From Clostridia bacterium (GTDB lineage: Bacteria; Bacillota; Clostridia; Christensenellales; Aristaeellaceae): DNA of 64,000 nt. The notes below the pieces were generated by a model. The model worked only from the letters and a program-made list of their open reading frames with translations. It searched no databases and was not told where the DNA came from. Both the position numbers and the translations under genes were made by a program. Shown piece by piece: positions 28,545 to 37,539 of the stretch. Position 1 is the stretch's first letter. Each line of letters starts with the position of its first letter. Location: positions 4,170-68,169 of the forward strand of contig JAUMVT010000007.1 in assembly GCA_030529995.1 (NCBI GenBank), written 5' to 3'.

Positions 28545-29027
28545 ATGGCCAAGGCCATCAAAACCAATGTGCTGCGTCATCTGGATGCGCTGCACATCCC
28601 CTATGAAACGAAAGAATATCCCGTGGATGATGAAAATTTCGACGGCAAGCTGGTTGCCGGAAAGACGGGACTGGATCCGCAAATGATTTATAAGACCCTT
28701 GTGCTTTGCGGCGATAAGCAAAGCCACCTGGTCTGCGTGCTGCCGGTGGAGAAGGAACTGGATCTGAAGGCTGTGGCACGAGCCTCCGGCAACAAAAGCG
28801 TGTCCATGCTGCCGCAGAAGGAACTGCTGCCCCTGACAGGCTACCTGCGGGGCGGATGCAGCCCCATCGGTATGAAGAAGGCTTTTCCTACCTATGTGGA
28901 CGAAAGCTGCCGCAACCAGCCGAAACTCAGCGTCAGTGCCGGCGTAAGAGGATGTCAGGTCATTTTGGCCACGGAAGCGCTGCTGGACTGCACCAAGGCA
29001 ACCGTGGCAGACCTGTGCCGTGGGTAA
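28545..29027 (+). CDS. ybaK: Cys-tRNA(Pro)/Cys-tRNA(Cys) deacylase YbaK
   Basis: MAKAIKTNVLRHLD.., KTLV and TGY.RGG.SP.G motifs. Confidence 0.85.
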   Translation: MAKAIKTNVLRHLDALHIPYETKEYPVDDENFDGKLVAGKTGLDPQMIYKTLVLCGDKQSHLVCVLPVEKELDLKAVARASGNKSVSMLPQKELLPLTGYLRGGCSPIGMKKAFPTYVDESCRNQPKLSVSAGVRGCQVILATEALLDCTKATVADLCRG

Positions 29028-29098
29028 AGTGTTGGCAGAATCATGAAAATGATGTATAATGAACGGGATTGTTTTTCCGGTGGCAGAAAGGAGCATGC

Positions 29099-30640
29099 AT
29101 GAAGGAAAAACTAACCCGTGAGGAAAGGCGGCATGCCCTGCTGATTGCCATCCTCATTGTGGCAGGCATGTTGGCGCTGGCCGGCCTCATTTGGTGGGCT
29201 TCCGGATGGGAAGTGTGGGAAGACAAGGGCTCCATGCCTGAGGAGAGTGCCACACTGCTGGATGCTGCCCAAGGCATGGACAGTATTTCCGTCCGTGCAA
29301 AGCTGAATGAGGACCAGCAGATGCTGTCTGCCTCTCAGGTGATGACCTTGACCAACCGAACGGGGGAGGAGCTGGATCGGATTGTGCTGCGGAGCTATTC
29401 CGGCGCATTTCTGACGGAAGATACGTCTCCTGCCGCCACGGACGAGCTGTACGACGCCTGCTATCCGGATGGGTTTTCAGCCGGGGGACTCATCATGGAA
29501 AAGACCTATGTGCAGGGTGAAAGCCTGACCTACATCTGGTCCGATGATGCGAAAACCGTGCTGACCCTTATGCTGGATACGGCGTGGAAGCCGGGCGAAA
29601 CCATCACGGTGGAGCTCCAATATCATGTGAATGTGCCCGCATGCGCCGGACGGTTCGGCGTGTATGACGGCATTTGGTCTCTGGGTAATGTATTCCCCAC
29701 TTTGGCTGTTCGGGAAGATGGAGAATGGCGCACCGACAGCTACTGTTCCATCGGTGATCCCTTCCTGAGCGAATGCACCAACTGGGACGTGACCCTGACC
29801 CTGCCGGAAGGCTATACGCTGGTCGGTACCGACTATGCCGAAGGCATTGCCGCCGGTCAGCAGAAGGAATACACCCTGACTGCCCATGCCGTGCGTGATT
29901 TCGCTCTTGTTTTCGGCAAGGGGCTGCAATGCGTCACCGGCATGGAAGGGGATACCTTGGTCATTGCCTGTGCCAAGGATCGCTCCCGTGCCAGGGAAAT
30001 GCTGAAGTACGCCAAGCAGGCACTTCGCTGCTATGAAAAGCGATACGGCGACTATGTCTATCCTTCCTTCACCGTAACGGAAAGCGCTTATGCCCTGAAC
30101 ACGGCGGAGTATCCCCGTATGGCGATGATTGGCCAAAGCAAGGCAGAAGCCGGAGGACAGTCGCTGGAGTTTGCCGTCGCTTATGCGGCGGCGCATCAGT
30201 GGTGGTATGCCATGGTGGGGTCGGACAGCATCAATCAGGCTTGGCAGGATGAAAGCCTGTGCGAATATGCCCTGATGGATTATATCGGTGATTACTACAG
30301 CGCCGATGATCGGGACAGCGCCATCTATCAGCAGATTGAAACGGCACTGCGCATTACCATTTCCCGGGATATTACCCCCGGCAGCCCCATTACCTACTTT
30401 AATGATGTAACGGAATATACCCAGGTGGTCTGCCGCCGAGGCGCAGCCCTGTGGATCGCGCTGGAAAATTATTTCGGCTGTGATGAACTGGATGATCTGC
30501 TCCGGGACTATGCGGAAACCTACCGCTTCGCCATTGCCTCCCGTGATGACCTGACGGAGGTCATCAGCAATCATGCAGGCGTGGATTTAAGCGAACTGAT
30601 GGCAGATTATCTGGATACCCATATTGACACACTCCCGTAA
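29099..30640 (+). CDS. Membrane-anchored M1-peptidase-like protein with a degenerate HExxH motif
   Basis: N-terminal TM helix. An M1-like catalytic region is present, but the motif reads YAAAH-QWWY..(18)..WQDESLCEY instead of HExxH..(18)..E. Confidence 0.65.
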   Translation: MKEKLTREERRHALLIAILIVAGMLALAGLIWWASGWEVWEDKGSMPEESATLLDAAQGMDSISVRAKLNEDQQMLSASQVMTLTNRTGEELDRIVLRSYSGAFLTEDTSPAATDELYDACYPDGFSAGGLIMEKTYVQGESLTYIWSDDAKTVLTLMLDTAWKPGETITVELQYHVNVPACAGRFGVYDGIWSLGNVFPTLAVREDGEWRTDSYCSIGDPFLSECTNWDVTLTLPEGYTLVGTDYAEGIAAGQQKEYTLTAHAVRDFALVFGKGLQCVTGMEGDTLVIACAKDRSRAREMLKYAKQALRCYEKRYGDYVYPSFTVTESAYALNTAEYPRMAMIGQSKAEAGGQSLEFAVAYAAAHQWWYAMVGSDSINQAWQDESLCEYALMDYIGDYYSADDRDSAIYQQIETALRITISRDITPGSPITYFNDVTEYTQVVCRRGAALWIALENYFGCDELDDLLRDYAETYRFAIASRDDLTEVISNHAGVDLSELMADYLDTHIDTLP

Positions 30641-30661
30641 TATACGGAAAGGATGAATGTG

Positions 30662-31756
30662 ATGGCAACCCTGACCCCTGAAGAGGCTGTGATTTTAATC
30701 CCATCGCTGGAACCGGATGATCGTCTGCCTGCCTATGTGGGCAAGCTGCTGGAAAAAGGGTTTCGGCAAGTGGTGGTGGTGGATGACGGCTCCTCTCAAG
30801 CAACGCAGCCCATCTTCGACCATTTGTCCGGCATACCCGGCTGTCAGGTGCTTCACCACGATGTGAACCATGGCAAGGGTGTGGCACTGAAAACGGGATA
30901 CCGCTGGATTCAGGACAATTGTCCGGACTGCTGCGGCGTGATTACCGCCGACTCGGATGGTCAGCACACGGTGGATGACTGCTGGAAGCTGGCTGTGAAG
31001 CTGTGCGAAGGAGATCGCCGGGCACTGTATCTGGGCAGCCGGGATTTTTCCTTGCCCAATGTGCCGCCCCGTTCCCGGTACGGCAACCGCACCACCAGCG
31101 TGATTTTCCGCCTGCTGTACGGTCAGTGGCTGCCGGATACCCAAACCGGGCTCCGTGCCTTCCCTCGGGAAGATCTTCCCTTCATGCTGAATGTGGAAGG
31201 GGAGCGGTATGAGTACGAGATGAAGGTGCTCATCGCCTGTGCCCGGGAAGGCATTCCCATGATTCCCGTCACCATTGAAACCATTTATGAAAACGACAAT
31301 GCCGGCTCCCATTTTCATCCCATTCGGGACAGTTATCGGATCTACAAGGTGATTCTGGGCAGCTTTGTCAAGTTCATGGGCACCAGCCTGCTGTGCGTGC
31401 TGATTGATCAGGGGCTGGCATGGCTGTTCCGGGATGTGATTCTGCAGGGCATCGCCGGCATCGACCATGACGGCATTATCTGGGGAAGCGGCCTGATTGC
31501 CCGGCTGATTTCCTCGGTGGTGAATTTTTCCCTGAACCGTTCCTTTGTTTTCAAGTTGAAGGGCAGCACCAAAACCGCCGTGTGGCGGTATGCGCTGCTG
31601 TGTGTGGCAGTGATCTGCGTCAGCAACCTGTGCGTTATCCTGCTGGAAAAGATCGGCTGGAACGCCGGCATTGCCAAGGTGGTCTGCGATACGCTGCTGT
31701 ACTTTGTGAATTATCAGATTCAGAATCGCTGGGTTTTCAAGGAGGAAGAAGCATGA
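30662..31756 (+). CDS. Glycosyltransferase family 2 fused to a GtrA-like membrane domain
   Basis: GT2 pattern (ILIPSLEPDD, VVVDDGS, ADSDGQH), then 4 TM helices with a GtrA-like end (FVNYQIQNRWVF). ATG 30653 is an alternative start. Confidence 0.85.
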   Translation: MATLTPEEAVILIPSLEPDDRLPAYVGKLLEKGFRQVVVVDDGSSQATQPIFDHLSGIPGCQVLHHDVNHGKGVALKTGYRWIQDNCPDCCGVITADSDGQHTVDDCWKLAVKLCEGDRRALYLGSRDFSLPNVPPRSRYGNRTTSVIFRLLYGQWLPDTQTGLRAFPREDLPFMLNVEGERYEYEMKVLIACAREGIPMIPVTIETIYENDNAGSHFHPIRDSYRIYKVILGSFVKFMGTSLLCVLIDQGLAWLFRDVILQGIAGIDHDGIIWGSGLIARLISSVVNFSLNRSFVFKLKGSTKTAVWRYALLCVAVICVSNLCVILLEKIGWNAGIAKVVCDTLLYFVNYQIQNRWVFKEEEA

Positions 31757-31923
31757 CCTGTTCGGTCAAGAATGTTCTGCTGACGCTGCTGGCCTTGATC
31801 CTGCTTGGAGCAATGACCTTGGCTGTGCCTCTGGGCAGCCTTACGGAGGATGCGCAGCGTGCCTATTTGAATGAAGCCCCTGCCAACGAGGAAGACGAGT
31901 ACGCCTTCCTCTTCGGCGACTGA
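31753..31923 (+). CDS. Small single-pass membrane protein (56 aa)
   Basis: ATGA start/stop overlap with the GT2 gene, behind GGAGGA. Sequence MTCSVKNVLLTLLALILLGAMTLAV.. with an acidic tail. Confidence 0.5.
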   Translation: MTCSVKNVLLTLLALILLGAMTLAVPLGSLTEDAQRAYLNEAPANEEDEYAFLFGD

Positions 31924-31942
31924 GAAACAGGAGGAATAATCA

Positions 31943-32833
31943 ATGCGTAAGTGGATTGCACTGCTGTGCGCCGCCATGATGATGGTTCCTGCCGCCCTGG
32001 CGGAGGAAACGGAAACCACCACCACCGCTTTGCCCATGGATTTTTCTGCCGGTCACGTAGCTGATTCGGCCAACTACACGGAAAGCGGCTATGAGGATGA
32101 GACTCTGAGCGTGACCATGGAGCATGTGTGGGTAGGGGATGCCCAGTATAACGTGGCACACGTGAAAATCTCCGACCCCAGCCAGCTGCGTATCGGCTTG
32201 GCAGCTCCCTTCGGAAAGAAGAAGACGAACAAGATCTCTACCATTGCCAGAGACAACAACGCCGTTGTGGCCATCGGCGGCGATTACTTCGCCAATGAAG
32301 AGGGCGGCTATGTGGTGCGCATGGGGGAAGTCTATCGCAAGAAGCCCCTGAAGAGCCGGGATATGCTGGTAACGGACAGCAAGGGAAATTTTCATATTCT
32401 GAAAAATTCCAATGCTGAAGAGCTGAAGGTGCTTACCGAGGCGGAGGACAGCATTGTCAACGTCTTCAACTTCGGCCCTGCTCTGGTCATTGACGGTGAA
32501 CTGCAGGAAATGCCGGAAAAGTACAACTACAACATTACCGGTCATGAGCCCCGCTGCGCCATCGGCCAGATTGGCGAATTGGAATACCTGCTGGTGGTGG
32601 TAGACGGACGGAATCAGGGCGGTTCCAAGGGCTGCACCTGTGCAGAACTGGCACAGTTCATGTACGACCGGGGCTGCACCCAGGCCTATAATTTGGATGG
32701 CGGCAACAGTGCCCTGATGTACTTCAACGGTGAAAACTATTCCACCAAGAGCGTGGCGGCAGAACGCTCCGTATCCGATATTATCTACTTCTCCACGGCC
32801 ATTGACTTTGGCCTGGACGGAGCGGAGGAGTAA
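31943..32833 (+). CDS. Phosphodiester glycosidase family (DUF2233/NAGPA-like) secreted protein
   Basis: Signal peptide, then AVVAIGGDYF, GPALV.DG and AYNLDGGNSA motifs. Confidence 0.8.
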   Translation: MRKWIALLCAAMMMVPAALAEETETTTTALPMDFSAGHVADSANYTESGYEDETLSVTMEHVWVGDAQYNVAHVKISDPSQLRIGLAAPFGKKKTNKISTIARDNNAVVAIGGDYFANEEGGYVVRMGEVYRKKPLKSRDMLVTDSKGNFHILKNSNAEELKVLTEAEDSIVNVFNFGPALVIDGELQEMPEKYNYNITGHEPRCAIGQIGELEYLLVVVDGRNQGGSKGCTCAELAQFMYDRGCTQAYNLDGGNSALMYFNGENYSTKSVAAERSVSDIIYFSTAIDFGLDGAEE

Positions 32834-32835
32834 GC

Positions 32836-33810
32836 ATGAGCGATACGCTGATTCTACTCGGTTCAGTGCCGCTGACCCGGTTTGGCTGCATGATGGGTCT
32901 TGCCCTGCTGGCGGTGCTGCTGTGCGCTGCGCCCATTGCCCGGCTGCGGCGCATGAGCTACGGTGCGTTCATCCGCTTGGTGGTGGTGTGCATTCCCATG
33001 GGGTGGCTCGTTTCCCGGCTTGTGTACGTGCTGGCCAACTGCACCTATTACCTGACGACCCTGTCCAATCCTGTGCTGGCCCTTCGCTTCTGGGACGGCG
33101 GGTATTCCATTGCCGGCGCCATGCTGGGTCTGTGGCTGGGTGCTGTCATCGCTGCCAAATGGGCGCATGTGGACACTGCCGGTATGCTGGACGCCATCAG
33201 CTACGGCATGCCCTTGGGGCTTGTTATTGAGCGGCTCAGCGAAAGCGGCACCGGCATGGGGCTGGGACGCGCCATCAGCTATGATTGGCTGACCTTCCTC
33301 GGCATTGATGACGGCATGGGCGATTTGGTGCACCCGGTGTACTGCTACGAGGCTGTCGTTGCGGCCGTTCTCTTTCTGGTGCTGACGGTGATGATTCTCC
33401 GCCGCCGTGATCGGCTGCCCAAGGGGGATCTTGCCCTTGTGTTCATGACCCTGTACGGAACGACTCAGGCGCTGCTGGAAAGCCTGCGGAACGATGGGCA
33501 CATGGTTGTCCACTTCGTGCGCATCCAGCAATGCCTGTTCCTGATTTTTGCGTTGGTTGCCTTTGGCGTGTACCTGCATCGAGCCGTGCAAAAAGGCTGC
33601 ATGCAAAAGAGCCAGCAGATTCTGTGCTGGCTGATTGCTGTCGCTTGCGTCGGCGTTTGCGCCGTGATGGAATTCCGGGTAGACCGGGGCACACTGAAGT
33701 GGCTGTATTATACAGTCATGCTCCTGTGCCTTGGCGTTATTGCCGGCATGACCTTTTACTTTCGGAGCCTGTCTCAGCAATGGCGGGGCGGCTCTGTCAA
33801 GCGTGCTTAA
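32836..33810 (+). CDS. lgt: Prolipoprotein diacylglyceryl transferase (Lgt) family membrane protein
   Basis: Polytopic. Shows WDGGYSIAGAMLG (compare W.GG.S.HGG.IG) and the HP..LYE-like VHPVYCYEA. Starts 3 nt after the upstream gene. Confidence 0.65.
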   Translation: MSDTLILLGSVPLTRFGCMMGLALLAVLLCAAPIARLRRMSYGAFIRLVVVCIPMGWLVSRLVYVLANCTYYLTTLSNPVLALRFWDGGYSIAGAMLGLWLGAVIAAKWAHVDTAGMLDAISYGMPLGLVIERLSESGTGMGLGRAISYDWLTFLGIDDGMGDLVHPVYCYEAVVAAVLFLVLTVMILRRRDRLPKGDLALVFMTLYGTTQALLESLRNDGHMVVHFVRIQQCLFLIFALVAFGVYLHRAVQKGCMQKSQQILCWLIAVACVGVCAVMEFRVDRGTLKWLYYTVMLLCLGVIAGMTFYFRSLSQQWRGGSVKRA

Positions 33811-34246
33811 GGGTTGAGCAACCGTCGCACCCTTGGCAGTGGTCAAGGCGGAGGGATTCTCCCCGAAGCAGCAATTGCTGCAGGCCTTGCGAGCTGGTGC
33901 CTTCCTTCTGAAAGCCGAGACGCATAAAGAAGCCTGCCGTTTCATCGGGTGCTTCCGTGCGGATGAGCCGCGCGGCGTGGGTCTCCGCCTTAAACAGGAT
34001 CAGTCGCAGGGTTAAATCTCCCAGCCCTTTTCCGCGAAGGGCGGGCAGCACGGCCACATCTCCCAGCCAGAAAGCCCCGTCCTGCCACCACAGCCGGCCG
34101 GTGGCCGCAGGCTGCTGCTCGTGCCACACCAGCACATTCCAACTGATTGCATCCAAGGCATCTGCGCCCCGGTGGAAAACCGCTTTGCGGATGGCCTCCG
34201 CCTCCGGAAAGGGGACGCCCGGAGGAAACCACTTACCTTCAACCAT
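33797..34246 (-). CDS. GNAT-family N-acetyltransferase
   Basis: Start trimmed to MVEGKWF. The acetyl-CoA motif is VAVLPALRGKGLGDLTL. Confidence 0.8.
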   Translation of the reverse strand: MVEGKWFPPGVPFPEAEAIRKAVFHRGADALDAISWNVLVWHEQQPAATGRLWWQDGAFWLGDVAVLPALRGKGLGDLTLRLILFKAETHAARLIRTEAPDETAGFFMRLGFQKEGTSSQGLQQLLLRGESLRLDHCQGCDGCSTLKHA

Positions 34247-34276
34247 TACGTACACCTCGCTGCAAAGGAGACTACC

Positions 34277-34501
34277 ATGGAACACGAAAAAATCTTGCGC
34301 ATTAACGAGCTTGCTGCAAAAAAGAAAACTCCGGAAGGATTGACGCCGGAAGAACTGGCCGAACAGGCACAGCTCCGGCAGGAATATCTGCAGGACTTCC
34401 GCAAAGGCATGGAAGCCATGCTGCAGGGCGTCAAGCTGAAGCGCCCCGACGGCACGCTGGAACCTCTGCACAAGAAGGACGAAACAAACCCCATTAACTA
34501 A
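34277..34501 (+). CDS. DUF896 (UPF0291/YnzC-like) small protein
   Basis: MEHEKILRINELAAKKKTPEGLTPEELAEQAQLRQEYLQDFR is the typical family sequence. AAAGGAG SD. Confidence 0.8.
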   Translation: MEHEKILRINELAAKKKTPEGLTPEELAEQAQLRQEYLQDFRKGMEAMLQGVKLKRPDGTLEPLHKKDETNPIN

Positions 34502-34554
34502 TAGTATACCTTGTCTTGCGGCGAAAGTCAAAGAAAAAACTTTGGCCAAAAACC

Positions 34555-34583
34555 TTGCCAAATTGGCTATCTTTATGTATAAT
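34555..34583 (+). promoter_or_regulatory. Sigma70-type promoter
   Basis: TTGCCA, 17 nt, (TG)TATAAT. Confidence 0.55.
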
Positions 34584-34762
34584 AAAGACGGGCAAAGGGA
34601 AGAAAAGAAACGAAGTAAGCGACAAAGGCAGCCACGACCCAGACCGGGATCCTTCCCCCTCGGATCGTAGGATCATTCCCTCGCCAGTGCACCGTCGGCT
34701 TTCAGGTCTGCGCCGTGCCAATAGGTCTGCCGGATGGATCGCGAAAAGAAAGGGTGATTCCG

Positions 34763-35146
34763 TTGTACGAAGATGAAGAGCAGGATGATCTGATCACCGG
34801 CGTTGATGAGGACGGTAATGAGGTCGCACTCCAGGTTCTGGATTATTTCTTCTACAATGGCGAAGAATATGCCGTATTGACGGACGTTATGGAAGATGAT
34901 TGCGACTGCGCCGAGTGTGAGGATGAACACGAACACGAGCATGGTTGTGCATGCGGCTGCGGATGCGACGACGAAGAGCAGGAAGGCATTGACTGCTACA
35001 TCGCCAAGGTTGTGACTTCCAAGGATGAAAACGGCGAAGAGTACGATGAGTTCCTGCCCGTCGAGGATGAGGCGCTGGCTGCCAAGCTGATTGAGGTCGC
35101 CACCACCAAGCTCAATGAGGATGAAGAAGCGGACGACGAGGAGTAA
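34763..35146 (+). CDS. DUF1292 family protein with a Cys/His-rich acidic insert
   Basis: TTG start 8 nt after GAAAGGG, with GTG 34715 in the track as an alternative. DUF1292 pattern: DEDGNEVALQVLDYFFYNGEEYAVL ... EEYDEFLPVEDE. Confidence 0.7.
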   Translation: MYEDEEQDDLITGVDEDGNEVALQVLDYFFYNGEEYAVLTDVMEDDCDCAECEDEHEHEHGCACGCGCDDEEQEGIDCYIAKVVTSKDENGEEYDEFLPVEDEALAAKLIEVATTKLNEDEEADDEE

Positions 35147-35182
35147 TTGACTCCCTGACCTTATCTCACAAGTGAATACCCG

Positions 35183-35214
35183 CCGTGGCTGTGGATTGCA
35201 GCCACGGTTTTTTA
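35183..35214 (+). terminator. Intrinsic terminator
   Basis: CCGTGGCTG / CAGCCACGG perfect stem followed by TTTTTT. Confidence 0.85.
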
Positions 35215-35271
35215 TGGCCGGCAGGAATGGCAGCGGTTCGCAGCAGATTCACCTGCCTGCTTCCGAAAACC

Positions 35272-35301
35272 TTGACAATACCCGGCAAAGCAAGGTATAA
35301 T
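35272..35301 (+). promoter_or_regulatory. Sigma70-type promoter of the metG leader
   Basis: TTGACA, 18 nt, TATAAT. Confidence 0.6.
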
Positions 35302-35304
35302 GCC

Positions 35305-35527
35305 ATGTACAGGCAATGAAGGAATGAGTACCGGGCAGGATGCGCCAAGAGAGCTGCAGCAGGTGGAAAGCAGCCGCAGAGTGTTTGGGAACATGGCTCC
35401 GGAGCTTTGAGGCTGAAGACAGTAGGCTGCAACGGGTCGCGCCGTTATCCGCAGGAAAAGTGATAAATCAGGGTGGCAACGCGGATTCAGTCCGCCCCTC
35501 GGAACAACCGATGGGGTGGACTTTTTA
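35305..35527 (+). promoter_or_regulatory. T-box leader (tRNA-sensing riboswitch), probable Met specifier, with terminator
   Basis: AAGAGAG bulge motif at about 35347. Candidate specifier GGAAC-AUG-G at 35393-35395. Conserved T-box sequence AATCAGGGTGGCAACGCGG at 35466-35484. Terminator GTCCGCCCC..TGGGGTGGAC plus TTTTT at 35489-35526. Confidence 0.8.
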
Positions 35528-35550
35528 CATGCAAGGAGGAGACAAACATC

Positions 35551-37539
35551 ATGTGTGAACATTGCGGTGAAAAGAAGACCTTTTACATCACCACACCCAT
35601 CTATTACCCCAGCGACAATCTGCATATCGGTCATGCGTACTGCTCCACGGCAGCTGACTCCATGGCTCGCTTCAAGCGGATGACCGGCTATGATACGTAT
35701 TTCCTGACGGGCACGGACGAGCACGGCCAGAAGATTGAGCGCAAGGCCAAGGATAAGGGTGTTACCCCTCAGGCGTATGTGGATAACATCGTCTCCGGCA
35801 TCAAGGATTTGTGGAAGCTGATGGACATCAGCTATGACGACTTTATTCGTACCACGGATGAGCGCCATGTGAAGAGCGTGCAGAAGATCTTCAAGCAGCT
35901 GTACGATCAGGGGGACATTTACAAGGGCGAGTATGAAGGCTGGTACTGCACGCCCTGCGAATCCTTCTGGACGGAGCTGCAGCTCAAGGACGGAAAATGC
36001 CCGGACTGCGGCCGCCCTGTGGAGAAGACCCGGGAGGAAAGCTACTTCTTTAAGCTAAACAAGTATCAGGATTGGCTGATTCAGTATATCAATGACCATC
36101 CAGAGTTCATTCAGCCTGCCAGCCGCGCCAATGAAATGATCAACAACTTCCTGAAGCCTGGCCTGAATGACCTGTGCGTCAGCCGTACGTCCATCAAGTG
36201 GGGCATCCCGGTGGATTTTGACCCCAAGCATACGGTGTACGTGTGGCTGGACGCACTGACCAACTACATTACGGCGCTGGGCTACGGCAGCGGGGATCAG
36301 CATCTGTTTGATAAGTATTGGCCGGCAGACGTGCACCTGGTGGGCAAGGAGATTGTCCGCTTCCACACCATCATTTGGCCGATTATGCTTCACGCTCTGG
36401 GGCTGCCCCTGCCCAAGCAGGTATTCGGCCATGGCTGGCTTGTCATCGACGGCAAGAAGATGGGCAAGTCTGTGGGCAATGTGGTGGATCCCGTGGTGCT
36501 GTGCGATCGGTATTCCTCCGATGCGGTGCGGTATTTCCTCATGCGGGAAATGCCCTTCGGCTCTGACGGGGAATTCACCCTGAAGTCCATGCTCATGCGG
36601 ATCAACGCCGACCTGGCCAATGACCTGGGCAACCTGGTCAGCCGCACGGTGGCCATGATTGAAAAGTACTTCGATGGCAAGGTGCCTGCCTATACGACAC
36701 TGGAGGACGTGGATCGTGCCCTGTGGACGCTGGCGGAGGAAACCCCGGAAGCGGTGGAAAAGCAGGTGAACGCCTTCCAGTTCTCTAACGGGCTGCAGGA
36801 GATTTGGAAGCTGGTAGGGGAGTGCAACAAGTACATCGACACCACCCAACCTTGGGTGCTGGGACGCAGTGAGGAAACCAAGCCTCGCCTGCAGACGGTG
36901 CTGTATACCCTGGCGGAGTGCGTCCGCCGGGTGGCTGTGATGATCGGCTTCGTGATGCCCCGCACGCCGGAGAGAATCTTTGCTCAGCTGGGCGTAGAAG
37001 ATGAAGCACTGAAGACCTGGCAGTCTCTGATCGGCAAGTTTGCCGTGCTGCCTGCAGGCATTACTGTGCACAAGGGAGAAGCCCTCTTCCCTCGTCTGGA
37101 TGTACAGAAGGAACTGGAGCGGGACGCAAAGCAGGCTGAAGAAAAGAAGCCGGAAGCGCCCAAGCAGGAGAAGAAGGCGGAAAAGAAGCACGAGGAGCCG
37201 GAATTCCCGGAGGAGATCACCATTGATACCTTCTGTCAGAGCAAGATGCAGGTAGGTCGGGTGTTGGAGTGCTTCAAGGTGGAAAAGAGCAAGAAGCTGC
37301 TGCAGTTCCGCCTGTCCTTCGGCAAGGATGGAGAACGTACCATCCTCAGCGGCATTGCCCAGTGGTACAAGCCGGAAGACTTGGTGGGCAAGCAGATTGT
37401 GGCGGTGACCAACCTGAAGCCCCGCAGCATTGCCGGCGAGGAGAGCCACGGCATGATTCTTTCCGCCTTAGATGACAGCGGCAACCTACGCCTGATGAGC
37501 GTGGGCGAAGGTGTGGAGGACGGCGCAATCATAGGATGA
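35551..37539 (+). CDS. metG: Methionyl-tRNA synthetase with C-terminal tRNA-binding (Trbp111/EMAP-like) domain
   Basis: The HIGH motif reads HIGHAY and the KMSKS motif reads KMGKS. Zn knuckle CTPC..CPDC and a C-terminal OB-fold domain (VGRVLECFKVEKSKKLL) are present. Start at MCEHCGEKK behind AAGGAGGAG. Confidence 0.95.
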   Translation: MCEHCGEKKTFYITTPIYYPSDNLHIGHAYCSTAADSMARFKRMTGYDTYFLTGTDEHGQKIERKAKDKGVTPQAYVDNIVSGIKDLWKLMDISYDDFIRTTDERHVKSVQKIFKQLYDQGDIYKGEYEGWYCTPCESFWTELQLKDGKCPDCGRPVEKTREESYFFKLNKYQDWLIQYINDHPEFIQPASRANEMINNFLKPGLNDLCVSRTSIKWGIPVDFDPKHTVYVWLDALTNYITALGYGSGDQHLFDKYWPADVHLVGKEIVRFHTIIWPIMLHALGLPLPKQVFGHGWLVIDGKKMGKSVGNVVDPVVLCDRYSSDAVRYFLMREMPFGSDGEFTLKSMLMRINADLANDLGNLVSRTVAMIEKYFDGKVPAYTTLEDVDRALWTLAEETPEAVEKQVNAFQFSNGLQEIWKLVGECNKYIDTTQPWVLGRSEETKPRLQTVLYTLAECVRRVAVMIGFVMPRTPERIFAQLGVEDEALKTWQSLIGKFAVLPAGITVHKGEALFPRLDVQKELERDAKQAEEKKPEAPKQEKKAEKKHEEPEFPEEITIDTFCQSKMQVGRVLECFKVEKSKKLLQFRLSFGKDGERTILSGIAQWYKPEDLVGKQIVAVTNLKPRSIAGEESHGMILSALDDSGNLRLMSVGEGVEDGAIIG

